From NCBI GenBank assembly GCA_039621445.1, contig CP154954.1:19392642-19456641 (forward strand): DNA of 64,000 nucleotides, given 5' to 3'. This DNA is from Euglena gracilis. Lineage: Eukaryota. The translations under genes and the position numbers were made by a program. The notes beneath the pieces were generated by a model. That model was not told the origin of the DNA and made no database searches. It was given only the letters and a program-made list of their open reading frames with translations. Positions 34,642-45,012 of the stretch are shown piece after piece (position 1 is the first letter of the stretch; every line of letters begins with the position of its first letter).

Positions 34642-35136
34642 TCAAAGTGGCATACTTCCCCCGTGACCCCCCCCGTGACCCCCCCCGTGACCCCCCCGTG
34701 ACCCGCACCACCCCCATTTGGCTCTGGACTGGTGCCCCCCCCCATGGCCCATGTGCAGATTTAATTGTCACTGCATGTTGTTTTCTTCCCTGGTTCTGTG
34801 CTTTGCCCTTTTATGTGAGAAGGAAGGCGCGGTGGTGGGGCGAACCGAATCCACCGACCAGTGGCACAGCCTACTGGATTTGAAGGTCCGCAGGCGGTTA
34901 TGATAATTTACAGCAGGGGTATAGGATGGCGGGTGGAAAATGGGCTAGGCCCACCTTCAAATAAGTAACGCGTGGGTGGAGAGGCGAGGGGGAGCGGGGA
35001 GCTGAGGGGAACGGCAGTGCTGGAATGTAGAGGGGTCGGGGGCAGGGCAGCGGTACGTGGCTTGACGGGGAGAGTGGCGGTGGGTCGTGGATGTGTGTGT
35101 GTGTGTGTGTGTGCTTGTTGTGGGTTTTTTTTTCCC

Positions 35137-36409
35137 TTACCGGAGAATGTGCTTGGGTTGCAGGAGATGGAAGACTTCGCGTTATAGGGCGATTGCGACG
35201 TTCTGGTAGATCTCCGCCTCCTTTAATTCTCGTTCCGCCCCCTGTTGCCAGGACGAGGCGCGTTTCGCCACCCGGCTCAGGGTTTTGGCTGTCTCGGGCC
35301 CCATGCCCCCCCAGGTTCCCAGGGCAAAGGGCGTGAAGCCCCAGCCTGCCTGCTGGCATGGGATATTGTACTTCTGCTTTTTAGCCTCCTCCCTTCTCTT
35401 CAGGAAGGATCTCCACCGTTCGCGGGTGGCAGTGTGTTCACTCGCTTGCCATCTGTGGCACACGGTGACATCCAGCGCTGTCGGCTTCCCGTCAGACCAG
35501 CAATCTAGGAGGAGGTCGGCCGGGCGGAGGTGGCTATCTCGGGCCGTTGGCAGGGAAACCTCCTTCTGTACCCGCTGTCCGCTGTTGGACAAGGTTTGGA
35601 ATAGTGCGTCCTGAACAGCGTTGTGGCGGGTGGCGAAGTTATTCCGCCGACAGCAAAGGAGGTGGTCACCCTCCTTGTCCAGGGGATGGTTGCATCCCGT
35701 GCATGGTTGACTGACGTCGTTCAGCACCGGGAGACCCAGCCACCACTTCAACCCCAAGGTGTACTCCTCACTGGAGAAAGTGGTGTGGGAGTTGTTGGAC
35801 GGGGTTGCTGCCATCCAGCCATGCCCGAAACCTGTGGCCTGTTCGAGGAGGCGGTTCTGGTCCCGGGGCCGAGCCTGGTCCACCAGGTCATCCATCGTCT
35901 TCTTGCCCAGCTCATGATTCCACCATTTCTGTTTCTGGGCTTCCGGGTCCGCAGACGCGATACGTTGAGGGTTGATGAGGAAGGTGGTGACCGTGGCGTG
36001 GTTTGCCCCTAGCCTGCCCCTGAGGTCGTCCAGGACAGGCGTAACGAGGGAGGGCTGTGGGGAGGTTGCGTAGCCGGGAACACCAACCCGTCGTGCCCCA
36101 TCAGAGTAGAAGTCTGCAAGGCAGGAAATCCTGGCCGCAGGCTGTGTAAAGGTTGGGATGCGGAGGCCGCAGCCGCCACTTGACAGGGGCAGGGAAGCCT
36201 GGGCCCGCTGTTGTGTGTTCAGTGCCGTGCCCAGGATGATCCTCAGCACAGCTTCTCACCTGGTCCTGGCTGCCATATGAGTGGGATGCCCGAAGCAGGT
36301 GGTTAACCTTGCAGCCATCCAGACAGCTCCGAAGCAAATGGTGCGCTACCTGAGCGTCGGTGACGGACGTGATGGTGGATGCGGCCTTCTCGATTTTGGC
36401 GGCGGCAGC
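35137..36409 (-). pseudogene. CRE-like ORF C-terminus: thumb/linker, CCHC, restriction-like endonuclease
   Basis: QASLPLSSGGCGL, CTGCNHPLDKEGDHLLCC, RHNAV, RPADL, ALDVTV, KKQKY, PFALGTWG. Frameshift near 36245. The TAA at 35182 is probably premature, with the next stop at 35137. Confidence 0.9.
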
Positions 36410-36839
36410 CATAGCTGGCACTTCGTTTAAAACGAAGTCAAAAAAACACGTTTTTTTAAAAAAAAACATGTTTTTTTTTAAAAAAAAACAAAAAAAACGC
36501 CATTGAGGGTCCAGGGCAAAATTTTTTTTTGCCTTTAATTTTAGCTTTTTTGCCCATCCTCGGTCAGAGAAAGACACCAAATTTGGGATGTTTCAAGTTG
36601 AAACATCCCAAAATGGCAGAAAAATGCCCTATTTTGACCATTCTTGTTGAAGACAACCAAAAGTATTGGTTTTCAAGTCATTTGAGCTAAGATTGGTTCA
36701 CCCTTGCGATCAAAGGCAAAATTTGGACCATCACAAACACACCCCTTTTTTTCTCTTTTGTGTCTTTTTTTTTTCTTTTTTTTTATACCTCTTCTTTTTT
36801 TTTCTTTTAACCACCCCCCCCCACCTCCCCCCCCCCGGG

Positions 36840-36881
<42 letters not shown>

Positions 36882-36975
36882 CTTTTTGGGTTGTTTTTTT
36901 TGCCCGTTTTTTTTTAAAAAAAAACAAAAAAAAAACGTTTTTTTTTAAAAAAAACAAAAAAAAACGCCAGCTATG
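36410..36975. mobile_element. hAT-like MITE (566 bp) inserted in the CRE ORF
   Basis: TIRs catagctggc / gccagctatg; perfect 8-bp TSD gcggcagc (36402-36409, 36976-36983). Removing it restores AWEAAAAKIEK in frame. Confidence 0.92.
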
Positions 36976-38180
36976 GCGGCAGCCTCCCACGCCGTCTGCG
37001 TGGTGTCCGTAGACGCTGGGTGGTCAACTGGGATGCCCAGGACGGTGATGCCTTCCCCTGGGGTCCAAGGGACCACTTGCATCCTTTCAGAACTCGGCGT
37101 ACTCCTGGCTCCCGGGCCCCACATGACGCACTTCTGCAGGTTGAGGCCGAGCCCTATTCGATGGGACTCTTGCATCAAGAAACGAATGCAGTGCTCAATC
37201 CGGTCTGGAGTCCCGACCAGCAGGCCGTCGTCCAAGTACCAGCTGTTCCACAGCAACTGACCATCGTTGGTGATCTGTTCCAGTAGAGGCTGTAGCGCGA
37301 GCGCGAACCCTATGGGGCCCAATGGGCAGCCCTGGTGGGTGCCTCTCTGTGACAGGATGGAGCGACCGCCGCAGAACAAGGGAACATGCCCACTGTACGC
37401 GAATCTCAGAAAGTTGAACAGGCTGGGGGTGCGTGTTTCCGCCTCCGTCAGAATTGCTCCTCGGTCCACCGTGTTGAACGCATTGGAGTAGTCCACCTGG
37501 AGAGAAACCCAGGGCGACGTGTCCCCCAGCTGAATGACCAGGTGTTGCATACCCAAAGCGACGGCCTCAACCGCGTTTCGTACCCCAACCCCAACTTGGG
37601 TAGGGGCGAGGGTTGCGACCTCGGATCTGGCGTTTGGTGTTTGGAGCAGGGCTTTCCCCACCAAGCGACGTATAGTTTCCCCAACCGCCACCGGGCGTAT
37701 CCCGTTATCCTTTTTGCGGAGCGGCGTTAGGTTCGCACAGCACCAGGCCGCGGCGTGGTGGGGCGGCAGCTGGCCGTCCACCCAGACTTGGGTCAGGAGT
37801 GCGAGGGCAGTGATCAGCCTTGCTCCTCGACCTGATCTCCGCAGGCAGTCTTGGAGGTGGCTTGGTCGCAACCCAGATGGCCCCGGCGCCGATCCCCGTG
37901 GGAAGCGACGGATGGCATCCTTCAGTCGGTCCTCCCACTCAGGGGTGTGGTTCTCGGGGAAAGGGCGGACGTGACGCGGCAGGCGGTTGGTTTCAACATT
38001 CCTGCCGGCGGGGTGTAGCTTTTCCAGGGCGCCCCAGACCTCTGGGTCGTCCGGTTGGTGCGCACCCTCGGACAGCAGAATCTGAACAGCCTTTGCAGAA
38101 GCCCCCTCTGCGGTGAGGGTGCGTACGCGTCTCGTCATTGCTTCACTGAGGGCGGTGGGCTGAGTCCTGGAACGTTTTTC
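36976..38180 (-). CDS. Non-LTR reverse transcriptase (CRE-like)
   Basis: SAPGPSGLR, IRPVAVGETIRRL, QVGVG, VDYSNAFN, GTHQGCPLGP, WYLDDG, GLGLNLQKC. One extra A in the A5 run at 38175-38179 would join it to the upstream ORF. Confidence 0.93.
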
Positions 38181-40669
38181 TGCCTGGTCTCCACAATGGA
38201 GTGTCGTGACTGGGTGTCCTTTTGGGCTTCTGTCAGCAGGGTAGCGTAATCCCCTTCGCGGAATAGTCTGGCGCGTCGCAGTAGGATGGACTCCAGTTCT
38301 GCTGGTGGCGGTGGTTTGGTTGTTGATGCCGGGCGGAGGACCAGCTTGGGGAAGGAGAGCACGGCGAACAATGCCGCGTCCGTGGGTGCTCGTACGTATG
38401 CCGTGATGGCGTCTGCCATGGTGTCAAAGACAGGTTGTTGGCAGGCCGAGGGCAGGTGGAGGAGGCTCGGAAGTCTCTGTTGGAGAAGATGGGTTATGTC
38501 GCAGGGGGGAGCGCCAACCACCAGACTGTGCGCAGGCTGTCCTCGGAGATTGGACTCCTGGCCGGCACTGTCGATGACCATCGCCGCGTCACGTTCCGGG
38601 TGAGCGAGGTCCAGGAAAAGGTTGTCATGTTCCCTGGCCTCAGTTGCGGTTGGCGCGCCGCGGGGGGATGGCGGTGCTGGGCGCTTGGCCGGCCCAGGGT
38701 TCTCCTCCACCTCCCCACAGGTGAGGAGGCTACCCCGTCCACGGTTGGTCCCCAAGGTGGAGGGACCGCCCAGTGACGGACTACGCCGGTCGTTTTTTGG
38801 TGCCGGGTGGACCGGCGCTGTCTCAGCCGGTGGTGCTTGTACAGTGCCAAGGAGGGAGCGTGGGGTGGGGTTCAGCCGGAAGGCCGGCCGAAGAAGTGGT
38901 GTTTTGGGTGCGCCGAAGTGTTGCGGAAGTAGCGAGGGACAGTCCCATGGCCATTGCCACAGTCCACAGCGTTGGCACCAGTGGGGTGACGTGCCCCGGA
39001 TGTCCCAGAGGGCGTCGTGGTGGATGAGGAAAGTCCGGCCCGCGTAGTCCCCCAGGTGGAATGTTTCCCCGCCGTGACAGGCGGTTGGATACGGTGTGTG
39101 CGAGGCACGAGGCGGACGTTCCGAGTAGCTTGCGCGGGAGACGGGCCTCACTGGCCCCGGGGCACTGCTCAGTGGAGGGTGGCCTGGGTGGTGTATCCGC
39201 AGGGCCACAGTTGCCCAGCCTGGGGTCGGGAGCAGTGCCGTCCCCCTGGCCCGATAGATAGGGCACCGTGGCAGGGTCAAGCTGCCCGAGGAGATGCTCC
39301 GAAGGCCAGCCAGCACATTGGACCAGTCTGGTGCGAGAAGGATGATGTTGCTGCTATGGCGGAGGACGTGCTCAAGAACAAGAGGGAGCAAGGAAAAAGG
39401 CGGGTTGCACCATATTGGATTCGGCAGGAACCAGTTCTGGAGGAAGGCGTCTTCCCTTTGTGACCAGAAGTGGGCTAGTTGTGTGTTGTTCTGGTCGGCG
39501 AAGGCGTCGATGGTGGGCGGGTTGTCCGGCGAAAGGGCCTGGACTACGACCTGGAACCACGGGGGGTCCAGCATAAAATCCTCGCGTGGTACTCGGCGTG
39601 GGAGGTCCTCAGGGGGTCGTGTGGCACTACTGGGGCCCGGAGTGCATTCGACGTCTCCCAGGCGGTTGAGGATGTCCTCGCCCCTGCCGGTGGATGAGTG
39701 AGGCGAGCCAGGTACCGGGCTGTTGGATCCAGCGGCGGTGACCTCCCTGTGGCCGTGTGAGTAGACCGCATGCTTGTTATCATCTTCGTCGTGTTCATCG
39801 TCGCCTTCCAAGTCGCTTTCCAAATCGGAGAGAGACGGTGGTGTACAAAGTTGCATGTGGCTCAGTAGGGGTGCCGGGTAAGGGGTTTCTGTCGACCATC
39901 CACAGACCTTGCAGCGGACCAGCCACCACTCTCCATTTGGTAGGGATTCCAGGTGGTGTAGGTCCCAGCGCCAATTGTCTTCCCGGACTGTGGTGAGCGA
40001 AAAGATGTTGCCGAACGGTCTACCTGCCTGGCAGTGATGAGACTGCATGTCCCAGAGAGACGACAGGTTGATGTGCTGAAAGCACAGGCGGCATTTTGCA
40101 AATTCGGTCCCTGGGCCGACCTGGGCCGGGGCCCCAGAGGATGGGCCCGCTGTGGCCGGGGTGCGCAGACGTTGCCACCTCCAGCGCTGGCCATTCCAGT
40201 ATAGTTCGTCCCATATCTCGTCCGGTGTCAGACGGGCTGTTTGGCCGGCTGACCCCCGGAAGAACGGCCCGGGTTTTCTTCGATATCCCCACAGCAGAGA
40301 ATGTCCCTGTGGCTTTTGTTCGTGTGGTGATAGAGCCACAGGTCTGCCGGCCATAGGGGGGGCCGGTCCTGTGGGTGCCCAGGGTGTGTCCTGCCCCCCA
40401 TGTTTTGGCGAGGAACTGCCACCGGACTTCCCCCCCGCCCTGGAGCGGAGCACAAGGTGCATACAGGAGGAGCTGGCCCCCGTCGTCCGCCAGGTCAGAC
40501 CAGGTGCGTCCGGGGGGGGGTGAGGGGGAAGGGGGGCCACAGTGATATGGATGTTTTCCAACCACTGGTCCACGAGGGCTTTTTTGTTTTTTTTTCTTTG
40601 GCCAGTCCACTCCCCCCAGATGGAGGCATCCGTCGAGGACAGCACAGACCAGTCGTCTGCGGCTGTCAC
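38135..40669 (-). CDS. N-terminal part of the CRE-like polyprotein: zinc fingers, N6-adenine DNA MTase, 2A-like motifs
   Basis: CRLC..HHC and CKVC..HMQLC; IDAFAD...DAFLQNW...WCNPPFSLL...ILLAPDW; GRGSLLTCGEVEENPGP. No in-frame ATG at the 5' end. Confidence 0.85.
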   Translation of the reverse strand: MTAADDWSVLSSTDASIWGEWTGQRKKNKKALVDQWLENIHITVAPLPPHPPPDAPGLTWRTTGASSSCMHLVLRSRAGGKSGGSSSPKHGGQDTPWAPTGPAPPMAGRPVALSPHEQKPQGHSLLWGYRRKPGPFFRGSAGQTARLTPDEIWDELYWNGQRWRWQRLRTPATAGPSSGAPAQVGPGTEFAKCRLCFQHINLSSLWDMQSHHCQAGRPFGNIFSLTTVREDNWRWDLHHLESLPNGEWWLVRCKVCGWSTETPYPAPLLSHMQLCTPPSLSDLESDLEGDDEHDEDDNKHAVYSHGHREVTAAGSNSPVPGSPHSSTGRGEDILNRLGDVECTPGPSSATRPPEDLPRRVPREDFMLDPPWFQVVVQALSPDNPPTIDAFADQNNTQLAHFWSQREDAFLQNWFLPNPIWCNPPFSLLPLVLEHVLRHSSNIILLAPDWSNVLAGLRSISSGSLTLPRCPIYRARGTALLPTPGWATVALRIHHPGHPPLSSAPGPVRPVSRASYSERPPRASHTPYPTACHGGETFHLGDYAGRTFLIHHDALWDIRGTSPHWCQRCGLWQWPWDCPSLLPQHFGAPKTPLLRPAFRLNPTPRSLLGTVQAPPAETAPVHPAPKNDRRSPSLGGPSTLGTNRGRGSLLTCGEVEENPGPAKRPAPPSPRGAPTATEAREHDNLFLDLAHPERDAAMVIDSAGQESNLRGQPAHSLVVGAPPCDITHLLQQRLPSLLHLPSACQQPVFDTMADAITAYVRAPTDAALFAVLSFPKLVLRPASTTKPPPPAELESILLRRARLFREGDYATLLTEAQKDTQSRHSIVETRQKNVPGLSPPPSVKQ
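38690..38740 (-). other. 2A-like ribosomal skipping motif GRGSLLTCGEVEENPG|P
   Basis: In frame; differs from the T2A core GRGSLLTCGDVEENPGP only by D>E. Confidence 0.85.
40265..40312 (-). other. Second 2A-like motif HRDILCCGDIEENPG(P), frameshifted
   Basis: Read in track ORF 40228-40455. One extra C in gaagaaaacccgggccg gives DIEENPGP and enters the frame of the 844-aa ORF (PGPFFRG). Confidence 0.75.
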
Positions 40670-41290
40670 CGAGTTTGTGGGCAGCTTTGCTGGGGTTTGG
40701 GTTTAGGGTTATGTGAGAAGGGGGGCCAAGCAATTTTCCCTCAAAAAAATCGCGAAAATCCCCGGTGGCGAGGGGGTCCGGCTACGTGGCGAGGCACTCG
40801 GAGAGGGGGGGGGGAGGGGTGTACCAACCTGCCGTTGGGGTTTTGCATTGTAAGTGCGATCTGCTGGTCTGCACGCCACCCCCTGTATTATTATTTGTAT
40901 TTTTTTGGGTTATGCCCCCTTGAAACAAATCCTTTTGCTTTTCAGGCTGGATTTATTTAGGTTTTTTGTGCGAGGCCTTGGGCGCACCTTGGGTAAATGA
41001 TCAAATCAGGCTTCTGCAGAAAATGTAACACACCTGCGAGTTAATGTTCTGCACCTTTTTTCCCGGGGGAACCCTGCGTGACTGGGGGGACGGTCAGGAC
41101 ACATCACCGAATGCTCGAGCCGGTCGTGGTCCGCTTCTCCACTACGGGGGGGGTGGTGCCTCCGGCAGGCGTCTTTTTGTCCGGAGCTCCTAAGGTCCGA
41201 ACATTCACCCGGGCGAAGTTTGGCCCCGACGAACTTAGTCCCCCTAGCACAATACGTACACAGCGCGCGTACGTATTGTTTGGTCTGGAT

Positions 41291-42056
41291 CAGGGATGGC
41301 GGGGGGATTAAAATCCCCCCGATTTAAATCGCCTAGAAACTAGGGGATTTTAATCAGGGGGGATTTAAATCGTTTTTTAGACGAAAGCGGGGGTCTGACA
41401 CGGCCGCGCAAGTCTTTTATTGTCAAAAACACTTCGCCCAATGTGGAAACTTTCGAGCCGACCTAAATGTCGCCGCGAAAGGCAACTCCGCTCGCCGGCA
41501 GTACCTTTTTGGTCTTACCCTGGCCCAAACACCACCGGATGGGGGAACGTGTTTCCTTTTTTGAAAAATCCAACGGCGAACCCAAAAAAAAGTTGAACAA
41601 CAGGGGGGGGCTTTTTTTTGGAACATGGAACACCGAAGCAAAAATTGATACACTGCTTTTTTTTATACTTGAAAGACCTCTTTTGGTGCGGAGGCAAAAA
41701 ACAGAAGAGGGGCGTATCAGTTGAATGTCTTTTTGCGAAGAGCAGTGTTGACAAACGGTGGCAGCTCGTGACTTTGAAGCGCAAACCGTCAACCATCCAA
41801 GCGTAAACCCAACCATATTTGACTTTCAAAATGTGAGCGGTGTACGACACCTGACATTTAAAAAACCTACCACAAAAAATGGTCCAGTCACAAACTGGGT
41901 GCTGCTAGGGGGGTGTGGGGGACAGGGTTAAACAACCGACTCCGTGTCGGAGTCGTCGTCGTCCACAGAAGACGCCCTTAGGGAGCGGAATAGAAACGCC
42001 AGCTGCCCCAGCTTTGCCACAGACAGCCTTTGACGATATGCACCAGCGGCAGCCCG
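41291..42056 (-). mobile_element. Probable 3' end of a hAT DNA transposon (transposase C-terminal remnant + terminus)
   Basis: cagggatggc terminus with gatttaaatc subterminal repeats. AAAGAYRQRLSVAKLGQLAFLFRSL..DDDDSD* resembles the end of the hAT dimerisation domain. No partner TIR found. Confidence 0.45.
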
Positions 42057-42059
42057 TCG

Positions 42060-42745
42060 CCCCACAGATTTTGCCCAACCCGTAAATGCCCCCCCCCCAA
42101 AACAGATTTTTGCCCAACCCGTAACCCCCCCCCCCCCACAGATTTTTGACCAACCCATAAATGCCCCCCCCCCCACAGATTTTTGCCCAACCCGTAAAGC
42201 CCCCCCCCCCCCAACAGATTTTTGACCAACCCGTAAATGGCCCCCCCCACAGTTTTTTGCCCAACCCGTAAAGCCCCCCCCCCCAACAGATTTTTGACCA
42301 ACCCGTAAATGCCCCCCCCACAGATTTTTGACCAACCCGTAAATGCCCCCCCCACAGATTTTTGCCCAACCCGTAAAGCCCCCCCCCCCCCAACAGATTT
42401 TTGACCAACCGTAAATGCCCCCCCCCCCCACAGATTTTTGCCCAACCCGTAAACCCCCCCCAACAGATTTTTGCCCATCCCTTCATTGCCCCCCCCCCCA
42501 CAGATTTTTGACCAACCCGTAAATGCCCCCCCCACAGATTTTTGCCCAACCCGTAAATGCCCCCCCCACAGATTTTTGCCCAACCCGTAAACCCCCCCCC
42601 GACAGATTTTTGACCAACCCGTAAATGCCCCCCCCACCACAGATTTTTGCCCAACCCGTAAAGCCCCCCCCCCCAACAGATTTTTGACCAACCCGTAAAT
42701 GGCCCCCCCCACAGATTTTGACCAACCCGTAAATCACCCCCCACA
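42060..42745. repeat. ~40-bp minisatellite cagatttttg(a/c)ccaacccgtaaa(t)g(c)n
   Basis: About 17 tandem copies. Confidence 0.9.
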
Positions 42746-43113
42746 GACTATGACGATGGTCTGGCTCCGAATACATGCACACGTACTGAATAATCTCTCA
42801 ATATCACAACTGGTAGCGGCACTCATCGCCAGGCGGCAACCCAGTTCTGCCAGCGTTGGCGAAGAGCCCAATGCCAGTGGCAGTGATTCGGACTCTGGAT
42901 AGCCGGGCGGCTAGCGATAGTGGCTTTCGGACAGACATCTGGACAGACATGTTGGCTGGCTAGGTTGGTCTGCCAGCCGGCTAGGTTGGTCTGCCAGCCG
43001 GCTAGGTTGGTCGGGCCAAATGCGCCCCATGGGCTTCCGAGACCTTTTGTCGTGTCGAGCGGAGGTATCGCCTAGGCCTTGTAGCGTCTTCCTTTTCGGC
43101 GTGACCCTGCTGT

Positions 43114-43798
43114 CCTCCGTGCCTTGTCTTTGAAAAGGGGCAGGGGCTGCGGTGCCTTGGGCGTTTTCCGAAGAGTTCTTCTGGGTGGAACGACAGAGCG
43201 TTTGTTTGGCGCAGTGTTGTGGTGAAGCCGTACGAAGGCTGTGGCAAACGTTGGTGTGCTTACCCCACAGGGGGAGGTGGTTGTTTGATGAAACCTGCCC
43301 CACAGGTTTGCCTCCTGGACGAGCAGCAATACGAGGGTACAGGACTGACAAGGGGTCTGTCCACTTACTCCTCAGGGGATCAGGCAGTAGACTTTGGTCA
43401 TTTTGACCCCCCTCCCCCCCCTATGGTGAAGTTCACCGTTTGAAAGTTCACCGGGGGGTCCCGGGCTCCCACCTCTGCCTAACCCATCGGTGAACTTCAC
43501 CGGTGAAGTTCACCAAGAACTTGATAGTTCTTGAACTTCAGTTATTGCTTGAACTTCTTCGGCTTCACCCAAACTTGAATGCTTCACCAAACAACTTGAA
43601 TAGGGGGCCTTTGCGCCCAGAAAACAGAAGGAAGGCCTTTTCAGGCGCAAAGCAATACCAGCACCGGCCACAGTACCTGCGGCCAGTGGCAACAGCATTT
43701 CCAGCTTCTCCATGAACCCCTCCAGGGGCTTTCAAAACATGGTGAATGCGACCAAAAAAAATAGACACCCAGAAGAGGAAAAGTCACATGAATTAGGA
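43114..43798. repeat. ~690-bp direct duplication, copy 1 (copy 2 at 45862-46563)
   Basis: Colinear from cctccgtgccttgtc to acatgaattagga with a few indels. Confidence 0.9.
43752..43774 (-). other. Euglenid spliced-leader relic, copy 1
   Basis: TTCTGgGTGTCTATTTTTTTTgG compared with the euglenid SL 3' part TTCTGAGTGTCTATTTTTTTTCG (SL recalled from memory). Confidence 0.65.
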
Positions 43799-44067
43799 GC
43801 CCCCCCTGCGTCCCCCCCCGCGTCCCCACCAAGTGGCTTGGTGTCCTTTTTTTGAAGAGGCTTTTCTGCAATGCTTGATGCGATGAAACGAAGAAGAGGG
43901 GAGAAGGAAAAAGAACGTTGCAAAAACAAGTGATAAGTCAAAACTTTTATTTTTTTTTGTTTTTTCTGTGCTTGTTTGTTTTTTTTTGACTTTGTGTTAT
44001 TTTTTTGCCTTTATTTTCTGTTATTGTGTTTTTTTTGTTTTTTTTTTTTTTCTTTTTTTTTTTTTTT

Positions 44068-44130
<63 letters not shown>

Positions 44131-44255
44131 AACTTTTATCTTTGCCCCTCAAAAAATGTGAGTTGTTCGCTGGAGCCCAGGCATGGGTGGAGGGGTCCCG
44201 TGGGACCCCCCTACCGCTTGTGATGGGTCAAGGTCGTGACCTAACGAGTCTCTAA

Positions 44256-44681
44256 GGAGGCTAGGCACAGCGGGGGGGGGGTGAGGGGGGCGAGCGGCCG
44301 CGCGGGCGGCCGCGCGGGGGGGAGGGGGGGGGAGGGGGGTCCGAGGGCGGCCGCGCGGGCGGAACGCATCCTAAAATCGGTGATTTTCGGGTCCAAAAAG
44401 TGGTCATTTTTTGCCATTTTTGGGCCATTTTTGACCAAAAAAGTGCTTTTTTGGCCGCGCGCAAAGCGCGCGGCCCCCAAATTTGCCATTTTGTGTCTGA
44501 AAATGGTCATTTTTGGTCATTTTTGGGCCTCAAAAATCGCGATTTTTCACCAAAATTTTTTTTCTTGGCTAGTGGGGGGAGGGGGGGGTCCAGGGGGGGG
44601 GCGAGCGGCCGCGCAGGGGCCGCGCGGGTGGCGGGAGGGGGGGGGGGTCCCGGACCCCCCCGAGCGGCGCGCCTAGCCTCC
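44256..44681. mobile_element. PIF/Harbinger-like MITE
   Basis: TIRs ggaggctaggc / gcctagcctcc with TAA duplication (44253-44255, 44682-44684). Confidence 0.8.
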
Positions 44682-45012
44682 TAAGGGAATGCTTCCCATT
44701 TCTTTACACTGTAGTTGATGGGATTCGGGAAGACAATTGGTGTTGGCCATGCAAAGGGTGTCCATTTGTTATTTCCTATTTGTTCAGCATGATCAATGCT
44801 AATCCTAGAATGTCCCCCTGCAACCACTGCACACATTTCCCATTTTGTGTCCTTTTTGTTGACACCGTTCCCATCTCCTGTTGTCTTTTCCATTTTGTCG
44901 ATTTTTTACAGCCCATGGCGTTCAGCCCATCCTCTCACCTGGAAATTCTGATCATGGTGTATACCAAAGAGCCATCTTCCCATTTTGAGTTTGCCAGAGA
45001 CTGCCTTTCAAA

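Larger units (their letters stand above)
34824..40708 (-). mobile_element. TSD-bounded CRE-like (RLE-class) non-LTR retrotransposon with two 2A-like motifs and an adenine MTase domain
   Basis: 13-bp TSD ttatgtgagaagg at 34811-34823 and 40709-40721; RT and C-terminal CCHC + PD-(D/E)xK endonuclease; 3' UTR of about 310 bp containing (CA)n. Confidence 0.9.
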
